Assembly: GCA_965202585.1 (NCBI GenBank)
Contig: OZ241827.1
Location: 60,450,001-60,514,000 of the forward strand
Direction of reading: 5' to 3'
Length of the DNA stretch: 64,000 bases
DNA from: Thalia democratica
Taxonomy: Eukaryota
Shown here piece after piece: positions 41,501 to 53,669 of this stretch. The notes under the pieces are model-generated. The model searched no databases. It worked only from the letters and a program-made list of their open reading frames with translations, and had not been told where the DNA came from. The position numbers and the translations under genes are program-made. Each line of letters starts with the position of its first letter. Position 1 is the first letter of the stretch.

Positions 41501-42056
41501 TAGTTAAGAAAAAACTTGTAACGATTTAAAAAATTATATAAAACAGGTTTAAAATCAATTCAACATAGTTTTAAAGTACTGTACATATATATATATATAT
41601 ATAAGCTTTGATAAACGTAATGTAATAGTTTTAAAGTAAAAAACGCTTCTTTCTATTTTGGAAAATAAACAAGAGTTCTGATCTTCAGTAAAACAAAAAA
41701 AAATGTTTAACTGGTGTTTATAAGTTAGTCTTGAAAGATATTTTTCCAAATATTTTGTTATTGACATTGGTATGTTAATGAAAAAATAAATTAATGTATA
41801 ACTTTTGTTAACAATGTATTTTATATTGTGTATAAAATCTATACATTGTTTAAAACTTATGTTATAAATATTCACTATTTTTTTAAGCTACCACATAAAA
41901 AAAAATGTTTTTTCAAATGTTTTATTTTAGTTTAAATAGTAAAACTTTCAACTATCTTCGGTGTAAATTCAACTTTTTTTTAATCAACAAGAATGTTTAC
42001 CAAGGTATTATAAATACTAAAAAATGTTTAAATAAATAAAAATAGAAAAAATAAAA

Positions 42057-42210
42057 CTGACCGGAGGGTAAGGGTTAGGGGTAACAGTAATAGTAAAAAA
42101 AGAAATAAATTTATAAAAAGTTTTTTTTTTATTGAAAAAATAAAACAAAAAAAAAATACCTTACCGACCGAGGGTAAAGGTTAGGGGTAGCAGTGATATT
42201 TAAAAAAGTA
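42057..42210. repeat. Paired GGGTAAGGGTTAGGGG telomere-like motifs (also 45924-46070, 32398-32430)
   Basis: Directly visible; two copies about 108 nt apart in each duplicated unit. Confidence 0.8.
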
Positions 42211-42261
42211 AATAAATAAAAAATTATAACAAAAAAAGTAAAAAAAACTAAAAAACATTAC

Positions 42262-42350
42262 CCGTGCAAAATTGTCTGCTCGTGTAAAAGTGTCTTCGTG
42301 CAATCTTGTGCACTTGTGCAATTTTATGCGCTCGTGCAATTTAGACAGAT
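42262..42350. repeat. Degenerate ~17-19 bp (C)GTGCAA minisatellite (also 46132-46220)
   Basis: Repeated cgtgcaa/gtgcaat cores. Confidence 0.75.
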
Positions 42351-42650
42351 ACCTTCTTTAAACAACATAAAAAAAAAACTTATAGTAGTTAAAGCATTTG
42401 ATGTATGTAAAAATGATTGTTAGATAAATTTAGTTAAAAAAAAATCTAGTGTTTTGAAATAAAATTAAAGTTTGTTAATCGAGTGATATATTTTTAATTC
42501 ATCGAATTGGTTAAAAGTTTAACTGTAATTATATATACTATTTTTTTATAATTAATAAATTCTTGAAAACGAATAAGTTGTTAGTAATTATGAATATTGT
42601 TTATGTTTGTAGTGTTAATCATTAGTCGAATATTGAATTTATATTTAGAC

Positions 42651-42718
42651 TAGTGATCTACCAAATCAAAGATTTGGATTCGGACAAACCCGGCTTTTTT
42701 GGATTCGGTATATTACTA
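42651..42718. mobile_element. 68-bp hAT-type MITE
   Basis: TIR TAGTGATCTACC / GGTATATTACTA; 8-bp TSD ATTTAGAC at 42643-42650 and 42719-42726. Confidence 0.85.
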
Positions 42719-44164
42719 ATTTAGACCTAACAAAGCACTAATTCAAATCATTATGAAATTGTTAAAACTACAATATTTTTAAAAAAAGAAGTAGTATATA
42801 ACATGAATGAATGTAGTCATAGTTTTTGTAACGTACAATGACCTTCCAGCTAGATATTCTTAAGTATCTATTTCTAAGCTTTTACATATGTAAAATTAAA
42901 ACAAAATAGTTATAAATTCTAACACATACTTATAACTAAATCTACAGTACAAGTTGAATAAAATTAATTACAATAAATTAAAAGTAATTAAATAAAAACA
43001 GACAAAAAACATTTTATGCTTAGATAATAAAGTAGGATAAAAGTAGATTATCAACAGAACTATTTATGTATAAATATTATCAACAGAACTATTTATGTAT
43101 AAATTTATTACTTACAACAACTATTCAATTTCAACATTTTTTATTCAACTTCTTTACAGACTGTAAACTATTAAACAACTACTAAAACAGTACTACTTAT
43201 AAATTAGTTAGTTATCTGTTTAAAAATTCAAACAAAGATTGAAATAATTTTTTGTATAAATTTTACTTAGAAAACTTTGATGCAAAAAACTGACTTAGCT
43301 TTAAAACTATTTTTGAAATTAAATTTACTTGTTACTGCCTACTTAAATGTATATTACTACTATATATACTTAAATGTATATACTACATACTTAATAGCTA
43401 TCGTATTTGTTTAATTTTAAGACTAAATTAATTTTACTATGTTTTTTTTTCTGCTGTTACTTCAAAAACCATTGGGAAATGACACTATTTAATAATAGAA
43501 ATTGCCTTTCTCACCATTCTCCTAGCAAAATTGAAGAAAGAGAGTGAAATGTGGTTCTCTTCAAGTAATAAGGGAGAGAAAAGGGTAGAGTGGGATTGTC
43601 TATAAAAATGGTAGAAAGGGGAAATGCAATGGAATACCAGTTTCACTGCTGTTCTATTTAGTAAATAATCAAATATTATAGAATCAATCAACTAATAGCA
43701 AGTCGATCTGAAGATTTTTTTTTAAGATAAAGCTACGTGTACCAACTAAAGTGTGATTGTAGTAATATTCTACTCAAGGCCTTTCAAATGGTTATTATAC
43801 TGTTTATTGTAAAGTTATTTTTAATAACGTTTATTACTTATAACTGGTTTTTATTTTAGTTCCAGTAGTTAATTTTTTTTTAATACCAAGTTCTCATAGT
43901 ATACTTCTGTTAAATTTAGTTCTTCTGTAAAAGTTTTGACCACATTTCTAGTGATTTCTTAATTATGATTTTTATTATTTTTTTTAAGTTTGATATGTTC
44001 TTTAATGTAAAATATAACCATAAAAGTCATGCTTAGACTTTATAAGTAGTATAGAATATCCATAGTATTATTCATTTCAAAATTAGGTTCAAATTTAATT
44101 ATTGATTTTAGTAAGGTTGTACATCATACTATAATGTAATGTACAATATTTCGGACAATAACTT

Positions 44165-44251
44165 AAAAGGCATCTAAGTGGTGTACGACTCGATAACCAA
44201 AAGGTTCTTCGTGCACCAGACCCTAGGACTAAACATTTTAAGCGTCTTTTT
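44165..44251 (+). repeat. Structured ~90-nt dispersed repeat (copies 44165, 48002, 50988, 63941)
   Basis: Stem GGTGTACGA/TCGTGCACC enclosing AACC-RAAA-GGTT, then a GGTCCTAGGACC-like palindrome and a T-run. Confidence 0.7.
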
Positions 44252-44588
44252 GTTGTTCAGTAAACTACAAAAACCCTTCATTTTGACATTTTTAGCTATA
44301 TTTTTCATTTAACTAGTTTAATTCTAAGCTTTTTTTGCGGTTAGTTATTAATCTACCTCTTCTGGTTTTTAATGCATAATAAGTGTTAAATTTTTTTTTA
44401 AATTTTATTTGAGTTTATGAAGTTATATTGTATGTTATTTAGATAAAAAATTATTTAAAAGTTCTATTATACTCACATGTTTAATAATCTATAACTACAC
44501 TAATTATATTCTAATACTAATAACTTTTTTAAATAGTTAAAGTAATCATAATTAATTTAATTACAGCAATAAAACAAACAAGTAAAAG

Positions 44589-44864
44589 ATGGATATCATA
44601 ACAAACAAAAATTACAAATTCGACGTCATAAGTCTTTCTACTAATACAGAGGAGTTCAAAAGGGTAGACGAGTTTTTCTACGATTGCAGATACGATTCAA
44701 TTGCTTCAAGATGCTTTAATAAAGTAAAAGATGGATATCATAACAAACAAAAATTACAAATTCGACGTCATAAGTCTTTCTACTAAGACAGAGGAGTTCA
44801 AAAGGGTAGACGAGTTTTTCTACGATTGCAGATACGACTCAATTGCTTCAAGATGCTTTAATAA
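44589..44864 (+). pseudogene. Truncated PARP-like 5' fragment carrying a 142-bp tandem duplication
   Basis: ATG at 44589 and 44731; both match 48426-48558; the period is not a multiple of 3 and the rest of the gene is absent. Confidence 0.9.
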
Positions 44865-45343
44865 ACCCTTCACTTTACTTTACCATACTAAAATATAAAA
44901 CTTTTACCATAATTTTAAAACATAGTAGTAACACCTGTTCGGTAAGATTATGATGATTAATTTGTGCCTTTATATCTTTACTCTGCAGTTAAAAAAGTTT
45001 CATTTTTCAAAAACTTCAAGTGATGTCGCGTAAAGGTAGATACAAGAACAGATTTAAACGAAATATCGCTTCATCAAACTATATATAAATACTAATAATA
45101 TAAAATACGACGCAACTACTTAATCATATGATGTATGATTTTATAAAAAAAAATTATTTTTAATTGCAATTTACTCCAAAGTTTAGTTTTTACAAAATTG
45201 ATCTTTAAAATGTGATTTAAATAGATTTTAGTAATCGATAGGAAAATACTTGTAACAATTTAAAAAATTATATAAAACAGGTTTAAAATCAGTTCAACAT
45301 AGTTTTAAAGTACTGTACATTTATATATATATATATATATATA

Positions 45344-45437
45344 ACTTGTGTAATAATATATTTAAACTTGTTTTGAAGCTGATGAGTGAGTAATCACGAA
45401 ACTTGAGTTCTTCGAGTTTTGCATCTTTAAATAAACC

Positions 45438-45441
<4 letters not shown>
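45344..45441 (+). mobile_element. 98-bp insertion in an (AT)n microsatellite; probable 3' end/pLTR fragment of a Penelope-like element
   Basis: Flanked by (AT)n on both sides, absent from the paralogous tract at 41585-41602; contains a hammerhead core and ends AATAAACCTTTT. Confidence 0.75.
45374..45423 (+). ncRNA. Minimal type I hammerhead ribozyme
   Basis: CTGATGA (45379-85), stem II GTGA-gtaa-TCAC, GAAA (45398-401), stem III ACTTGA/TCGAGT, GUU triplet at 45416-18; stem I is short and mismatched. Confidence 0.8.
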
Positions 45442-45473
<32 letters not shown>

Positions 45474-46518
45474 CTTTGATAAACGTAATGTAATAGATTT
45501 AAAGTAAAAAACGTTTCTTTCTATTTTGGAAAATAAACAAGAGTTCTGTTCTTCAGTAAAACAAACAAAAATGTTTAACTGGTGTTTGTAAGTTAGTCTT
45601 GAAAGATACTTTTCCAAATATTTTGTTATTGACATTGGTATGTTAATGAAAAAATAAATTAATGTATAACTTTTGTTAACAATGTATTTTATATTGTGTA
45701 TAAAATCTATACATTGTTTAAAACTTATGTTATAAATATTCACTATTTTTTTAAGCTACCACATAAAAAAAAATGTTTTTTCAAATGTTTTATTTTAGTT
45801 TAAATAGTAAAACTTTCAACTATCTTCGGTGTAAATTCAACTTTTTTTAATCAACAAGAATGGTTACCAAGGTATTATAAATACTAAAAAATATTTAAAT
45901 AAATAAAAATAGAAAAAATAATACTGACCGGAGGGTAAGGGTTAGGGGTAACAGTAATAGTAAAAAAATCAAATAAATTAATAAAAAGTTTTTTCTTTAT
46001 TAAAAAAATAAAACAAAAAAATAAAATACCTTACCGACCGAGGGTAAAGGTTAGGGGTAGCAGTGATATTTAAAAAAGTAAATAAATAGAAATATATAAC
46101 AAAAAAAAGTAAAAAAAATAAAAAACATTACCCGTGCAAAATTGTCTGCTCGTGTAAAAGTGTCTTCGTGCAATCTTGTGCACTTGTGCAATTTTGTGCG
46201 CTCGTGCAATTTAGACAGATACCTTCTTTAAACAACATAAAAAAAAACTTATAGTAGTGAAAGCATTTGATGTATGTAAAAATGATTGTTAGATAAATTT
46301 AGTTAAAAATAATCAAATGTTTTGAATTAAAATTAAAGTTTGTTAATCGAGTAATATATTTTAAATTCATCGAATTGGTTAAAAGTTTAACTGTAATTAT
46401 ATATACTATTTTTTTATAATTAATAAATTCTTGAAAACGAATAAGTTGTTAGTAATTATGAATATTGTTTATGTTTGTAGTGTTAATCATTAGTCGAATA
46501 TTGAATTTATATTTAGAC

Positions 46519-46586
46519 TAGTGATCTACCAAATCAAAGATTTGGATTCGGACAAACCCGGCTTTTTTGGATTCGGTATATTACTA
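46519..46586. mobile_element. 68-bp hAT-type MITE (duplicated copy)
   Basis: Same TIR; TSD ATTTAGAC / ATTTAAAC. Confidence 0.8.
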
Positions 46587-48425
46587 ATTTAAACCTAACA
46601 AAGCACTAATTCAAATCATTATGAAATTGTTAAAACTACATTATTTTTAAAAATAAGAAGTAGTATATCACATGAATGAATGTAGTCATAGTTTTTGTAA
46701 CGTAAAATGACCTTCCAGCTGGACATTCTTAAGTATCTATTTCTAAGCTTTTACATATGTAAAATTAAAACAAAATAGTTATAAATTCTAACACATACTT
46801 ATAACTAAATCTGCAGTACAAGTTGAAAAAAATTAATTATAATAAATTAAAAGTAATTTAAACAAAACAGACAAAAAACATTTTATGCTTAGATAATAAA
46901 GTAGGATAAAAGTAGATTATCAACAGAACTATTTGTGTATAAATTTATTACTTACAACAACTATTCAATTTCAATGATTTTTATTCAACTTCTTTACAGA
47001 CTGTAAACTATTAAACAACTACTAAAACAGTACTACTTATAAATTAGTTATTTATCTGCTTAAAAATTCAAACAAAGATTGAAATAATTTTTTGTATAAA
47101 TTTTACTTAGAAAACTTTGATGCAAAAAACTAACTTAGCTTTAAAACAATTTTTTAAATTAAATTTACTTGTTACTGCCTACTTAAATGTATATTACTAC
47201 TATATATACTTAAATGTATATACTACCTACTTAATAGTTATCGTATTTGTTTAATTTTAAGACTAAATTAATTTTACTATGTTTTTTTCTGCTGTTACTT
47301 CAAAAACCATTGGGAAATGACACTGTTTAATAATAAAAATTACCTTTCTCACCATTCTCCTAGCAAAATTGAAGAAAGAGAGTGAAATGTGATTCTCTTC
47401 AAGTAATAAGGGAGAGAAAAGGGTAGAGTGTGATTGTCGATGATGAAAATGGTAGAAAGAGGAAATGCAATGGAATACCAGTTTCATTGCTGTTCTATTT
47501 AGTAAATAATCAAATGTTATAAAATCAATCAACTAATAGCAAGTTGATCTGAAGATTTTTTTAAGATATAGCTACGTATACCAACTAAAGTGTGATTGTA
47601 GTAATATTCTACTCAAGGCCTTCCAAATGGTTATTATACTGTTTATTGTAAAGTTCTTTTTAAAAACATTTATTACTTATAACTGGTTTTTTATTTTATT
47701 TCCAGTAGTTATTTTTTTTTAATACCAAGTTCTCATAGTATACTTCTGTTAATTTAATTCTTCTGTAAAAGTTTTGACCACATTTATAGTGATTTCTTAG
47801 TTATGATCTTTTTTATTTTTTAAGTTTGATATGTTCTTTAATGTAAAATATAACCATAAAAGTCATGCTTAGATTTTATAAGTAGTATAGAATACCTCAT
47901 AGTATTATTTATTTCAAATTTAGGTTCAAATTTAATTATTGATTTTAGTAAGGTTGTACATCATACTATAATGTCATGTACAATATCTCGGACAATAATT
48001 TAAAAGGCATCTAAGTGGTGTACGACTCGATAACCAAAAGGTTCTTCGTGCACCAGACCCTAGGACTAAACATTTTAAGCGTCTTTTTGTTGTTCGGTAA
48101 ACTACAAAAACCCTTCATTTTGACATCTTTAGCTATATTTTTCATTTAACTAGTTTAGTTCTAAGCTTTTTTTGCGGTTAGTTATTAATCTACCTCTTCT
48201 GGTTTTTAATGCATAATAAGTGTTAAATTTTTTTTTTAATTTTATTTGAGTTTATGAAGTTATATTGTATGTTATTTAGATAAAAAGTTACTTAAAAGTT
48301 ATATTATACTCACATGTTTAATAAACTATAACTACACTAACTATATTTTAATACTAACAATTTTTTTAAACAGTTAAAGTAATCATAATTAATTTAATTA
48401 CAGCAATAAAACAAACAAGTAAAAG

Positions 48426-49247
48426 ATGGATATCAAAACAAACAAAAATTACAAATTCGACGTCATAAGTCTTTCTACTGAATCAGAGGAGTTCAAAAGG
48501 GTAGACGAGTTTTTCTACGATTGCAGATACGATTCAATTGCTTCAAGATGCTTTAATAAGCTAACTGTGAAAAACTTTCAAGTTTTTAAAGTCATCGAAA
48601 ACAACCCTGTTGAGACTTTAAATGAAAAACGAAACAGTTTAATGTTATTTCACGGTACTAAAGAACATAGTGTAAACAAAATTTTGAAAAACGGTTTTAA
48701 AAATTCCGAAAAAGGCTGGTACGGAAAGGTGATTTAATGTGTTATAAATTAGATTAAACAAAAAAATAAACTTTATTATTTTTTCAATATTTTCAATTAA
48801 TACGCATTCAGTATAATAATTACACAACTTGCATAAATTAAAAATTCACTAAACAATATAAGTTTTATATTACCAATTAAACTGTATTTAAAAGGGAGTC
48901 TATATGACTGAACGCATAGTTATCACTTTCGGATACACTCAAAACATAAGAGATTTATCTTCTGAGAATCTTCCTCGCAGCACCATTTTCTTCAACGAGG
49001 TGCTAGAATCGGAAAAACTGAAAGTCTTTGAAGTTTAAAACAGTTATCGGAATAAAAGACGGTTATGAAGAGCTTCATCAGTTTCACAAGCATGAAAAAT
49101 CTCCAACCGAATCATGAAGACTACAAGAAAGATTCTCTAGGAAGAAGATACAGAAGTTTTCCGATTAATTGCAGTAGTGCTTTAGACGAACACGTTGCAA
49201 GAGATAGTGTGGCAATTCCTAGGTATCTGGTTGTCTTTCAGCCATAA
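48426..49247 (+). CDS. Stand-alone PARP-like (ARTD) catalytic-domain protein, frame-disrupted in exon 2 (possible pseudogene)
   Basis: Exon 1 48426-48728 (LMLFHGT...ILKNGF...GWYGK), intron 48729-48894, exon 2 GVYMT...IFFNEVL; TAA at 49036-38; DEHV...IPRYLVVF* lies in another frame. Confidence 0.8.
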
Positions 49248-50251
49248 CTAGAAGAATAGATAGCAACTCTTCTTACAGCTTTATGACGTGTTCTAGCAAG
49301 TCATGTACAACTTGTTTCTAGATGTCGCTTATCATGTTACAAAAAAAATTATTTCATAAAATTTGTTGTTCTTATTTAAATTAAAACTACAATATATATT
49401 TAAAATTATTCTATTTAAAAACGATGGGTGCACTTTTTAATTTATGGTTTTTTTACTAACTAAAAGGTTAAAACTATTTTAATATTTGTTTTTAGCAATA
49501 ACAATGTTACAAATTTAAATAAGAAATATTGATAGGTAAAAAGCTTAAACTATTGTTTCTAAACTATTAAATATTTTTTATCTAGATATTCTGAGATCTA
49601 TAATAAATGGCAAAAATTTAATTGTTTAAGGTTTAAACTTTACACCAGGTGTTTTAGGTTCAGTATTAAATTGAACCCATTAAATATGATTTATTAGTAC
49701 TTTATTTTTATTTCTTTTAAATTTAGCTCGCTAACAGAAAATGTTGCTTACCTATGACTAAAAGCTTTTTTCTTGGATTTAATTTACAAAGTATCACAAA
49801 GTTTGCATTTATCATATTTGATTTATAAAAAAACGCTACAAGATTTTCTTATATACGTTTACCAATGTTAGTAAACTATTACGAAATATTTAACTTTAGT
49901 ATATATTTACGGTTTACCGACATTTTTATATTTTTTCAGATCTTAGTTTCATAAGTATTGTATATTATTTTTTTGTATCTATACTTATATAATGCTCTTT
50001 AAACTACAAAGTAAATATGACTACTCTTAAATAGCTTTATTTTAATGTTTATAAGTATTTTTAGTACATAGTTTAGTTTTAAAACCAAATAAAATGAAAA
50101 TCTCCGTAACAAAATTGTTAGTCTTTAAATTAACTGAATTTATTTATCTTTTAGTGCAAGTAGAGCTCTATGTATTTAACCATTAAGTGCTACTCAAACT
50201 TTAATTACAACAATCTTAAGTATTTATCAATCGACTACTTTTTTCTTTGAT

Positions 50252-50340
50252 ACAGCCGGATCCTAATTTGAAAAAAAAAATCCGCACCCGGACGGATCTT
50301 GGTTTAATGATCCTAATTTAATGATCCGGCAGATCACTGA
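50252..50340. mobile_element. Partial hAT-like MITE rich in GGATCC
   Basis: Right end GATCCGGCAGATCACTG resembles the TAGTGATCTACC TIR family; left TIR is degenerate. Confidence 0.45.
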
Positions 50341-50844
50341 TAATTAGCTATACATAATACTTCTTTTAATATTATATCGAAAAAAAAGCATTATTAAACT
50401 TAGATACAGTACATATATTTTAGCTAAACACAAAAGCTTCACAAAAAAATAAACCAAAAACATTTATCTTTTGCATCCTCATGCTATGAATCCGGTAGAC
50501 AACTTAATTTACTCGTTTCTAGTACGTTTTGTGCCAAAGTTAATATTTTATTGTTTAGAAAACTCTAGAGTGCAAAAGTGTTTGGGTGCACAACATTTCA
50601 AATTTGAACAACTCAAATTCTTAAAAATATTTAAAAGACCATATTTCAAATAGTTATATATAATTTTTTTGCACTTATAAGTTTTGACTTAAATTATAAC
50701 AAATAAACTTTATTTTTTAAATGGAATTATTTTTAAATATAATTTTCCAAAAAAAGGTGCTGTACATTATTTTCAAGTAATTAAATTTTATTTATGTTTC
50801 CTACGTACAATGTGTGAATTTTATACTTTAACTTATTTTATTTT

Positions 50845-50960
50845 TGCAATTTTTCTTCGTGCAATTTGGTCTCCTCGTGCATAAGTGTCTTCGTACAAAA
50901 GTATATTCGTCGAATTTAGTCCCCTCGTGCAATTTCTTCCGCTCGTGCGAATTTGACACC
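50845..50960. repeat. CGTGCAA minisatellite
   Basis: Same family as 42262-42350. Confidence 0.7.
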
Positions 50961-51448
50961 TACCCATTTTAAGATATATTAAAATTGACTCGATAACCGA
51001 AAGGTTCCTATGTACACCAGGTCCTTAGACCAAACTTTTTAAGCGCTTTTTTTATCTTTCAATAAACAATAATACAAAATACAATTCGTCTTGTATTTCT
51101 ACTTGCTTCACTTCACACAAGTTTTTTTTTTTCAATAGCTTTTTTAGTACGATTAAAATTATATCATTAAAAAAGTTACTTATCCTCTGTAACTTTCAAT
51201 GAATATTAACGAAAACAGCAAAAGAAATATTGACTTATCTTCGTTGTACTCATTTTTTATACTTGATGATTGAACTATAGATACATACACATTCTGTCAA
51301 GTAAATACTACTTTTAAAACCTTATAAATTAGTTTAAAAAAAATACTTAAGAAGTAAAAAATAAATTTTTACATGTCAAACAAAAGTATATAACCACAAT
51401 TTAAATAATTGCAAAAATATTAAGTTACTCGAGTTAACAACTTAGTAC

Positions 51449-51551
51449 TAGTGATCTACCAAATCCATAATTTTTTCGAAACTAATATTCGGTTAATATT
51501 TTTAAACTAGGATCCGGTCGGATCCGAGTACTTGGATCCGGTTGATCCCTA
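51449..51551. mobile_element. 103-bp hAT-type MITE
   Basis: TIR TAGTGATCTACC / GGTTGATCCCTA; perfect 8-bp TSD CTTAGTAC (51441-48, 51552-59). Confidence 0.9.
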
Positions 51552-52861
51552 CTTAGTACTTTTTTAAACTGAGAACATGTTTCAGAAACGGAATGCGTTG
51601 TGCCTTCAGTTTTAGAAAACGCTGAATCCACAACTAAATGGCTTTAAGACAGTGTACATTTGCCTGGTACTATTTCTTGAACTTCAGTTGACTCTGTTGT
51701 AAATAAAGTATCTAAGAGACTGATGTTTTAGAACATCTTTAGACTAAAATGAGAACTACCTACATGGAATTCAAATCAAAAAACACTCACATTCAAAAAT
51801 TAAAATAAAATTGATAAGAATTTTAGAATGAACTAAGAAAATAATAGTTTTGAGTTACTCGAAGTAAGTGAATTTAAAAGTCTTTTTGAAGACCTCGAAT
51901 TTTTTTTCTTTAATTCTGATGAGTATATAGCTCTATTTACAACTATTCTTAGGGCATAAAACATTTTGTCATGCGCTTTCAATTTTCTCTTGCTTATAAT
52001 TATCTTTTTTTTTAAACACTATTTAAGCTGCATCAGAAATACTTTATTGATTATTGACTCTACATACTGGACATTCAAAGCTATGAACATAAATAAAAAA
52101 AATTAGCCTCATTTTTAAGTGTTAGTTTAACTAATAGTTCATAAATAACAAAATAATTTTTTTAATAAATTTTTTTTAAGTCTAAAAATGCTAAAATTTA
52201 CTGTTATTATTATAAAAAATCAATGAAAAATACATATTTTATAATTCCAGCTATTTCAAGGTTTTTCGTTTATATTTGTACAATATTCCAGGTTTATTAA
52301 GGTTTCAATCTTAAAGACTGTATACATTTTTTAACTTGTTTAGTTATTAAACTTGTTTTTAATTTTGTATTAAATAAAAAGTATTATTTAATTTATTAGA
52401 AATAAGTTAACAGTTGCGTTTTATAATTTAGTATATTTACTAACACAGATTTTGTATTTTCTAAGAAATTTCAATTAGAAAAAATTTATAGCTAAAAAAT
52501 TTTGCAGCAATTGATTATCTATTTAACTTTTATTTTTATTTGTATATTCTTGAATAACATCAAGTTACTATAACTTAAAAATATTAAAATAAGTTTCTTA
52601 TTTAAAAAATGAAATCAAAATAAAATTAATAATTATAAATTTTATAACAGAATTAAATTTAAATTTGCTTTTGAGTTTGTCAAATGTCTACTCTATAAAA
52701 CTGAATAATAACTTAAATTAAAAATAGTTTGTTTTAATATCTAAACCAGTAAAACTAGTGATATGTCCGAAAAAATAAAATGTTTAGTTGATTTTTTTGT
52801 AATATTTGTTTATAAAACTTTGCTATTTATACTTTTACATTATTGTCAAAAGAACTTTTTA

Positions 52862-53383
52862 CAGTGCTTATTCACTTATCCGGACACCTTGGGCAAGACT
52901 TTTCTGTAAACATGTCAGGGTAACAAAAATACCGGATAAGTACAAAATATCAGGTTTTTCATATGATAGTATTACTGCTGCATTTAATGCAATGTAAAAT
53001 AAAAGTGTTATGGTAAAAAGAAATACATAGTAACTGTGAAAAATTTTTAAACAAAGACAAAAAAACAGACATAAAGAAAAAGTAAAAACGTTGAATAAGT
53101 TTTAAGTCAATTTAACGGAAACATATCACTCCTAAAAAACTAGTTTTTGTTAGAAGTTTTATGAAAATAAGAAAAAATAGACGTTTGTTTTAAATTTTTC
53201 TCACGTTTTTCAGCGTTTATAAAATCACTTAAAATTTTCTTACAGTATGAAAGCTTAAATATTTGTATCATACAAAAGTTTTAGTGTTTAATATTGAAAG
53301 TTTTTTATTTTTTTTTCTGAACGAAACTGTCCGGATAAGTAAGCGTCCGGATAAGTAAAGTTCAGATAAAAGAATAAGCACTG
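52862..53383. mobile_element. Tc1/pogo (Tigger-like) non-autonomous element
   Basis: TA|CAGTGCTTATTC...GAATAAGCACTG; subterminal CTTATCCGGAC / GTCCGGATAAG; the right TA reads CA. Confidence 0.75.
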
Positions 53384-53669
53384 CACTACACTTTTAAAAT
53401 GATTAAAATAGTTATAAAATATGGCTATAATTTAATGTTGAATTTTCTACGAATATAATGCATGTTAACTTTTACTTTTTTTAATTAGTTTTTTAACACG
53501 TGTTTTTTATATTACAAAGTTAAAAAAATATATGATTGAAATTATATTATCAAATAACGTTCAAATTAAGGTTTTAAAAGGTCTGGTAACTGGTTTATCC
53601 AAAAATAACACTCGGTTTAAAAAATAAACTGTTAATAAAAAGCTCCAAGCAAATTCAGAAAAAAGAAAA

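Larger units (their letters stand above)
41141..44727 (+). repeat. Tandem segmental duplication, unit 1
   Basis: Collinear and highly similar to 44874-48558; the offset is 3733 nt at the left end. Confidence 0.95.
44874..48558 (+). repeat. Tandem segmental duplication, unit 2 (runs into the full PARP-like gene)
   Basis: Collinear with 41141-44727. Confidence 0.95.

Noticed and set aside
41555-45743. ORFs 41555-41875 and 45441-45743 (-)
   Set aside because: They run into (AT)n microsatellites, have a composition typical of chance AT-rich ORFs, and are duplicated passively.
42057-46070. TTAGGG motifs as a relic chromosome end or fusion
   Set aside because: Only 1-2 degenerate units, embedded in repeat elements.
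43485-47532. ORFs 43485-43691 and 47263-47532 (-), possible LINE remnant
   Set aside because: No convincing RT or endonuclease motif; the similarity between them only reflects the recent duplication.
12582-49067. Shared TAA codons suggesting stop-codon reassignment
   Set aside because: About 760 Ror codons contain no in-frame TAA/TAG; the shared TAAs are the reverse complement of Leu TTA.
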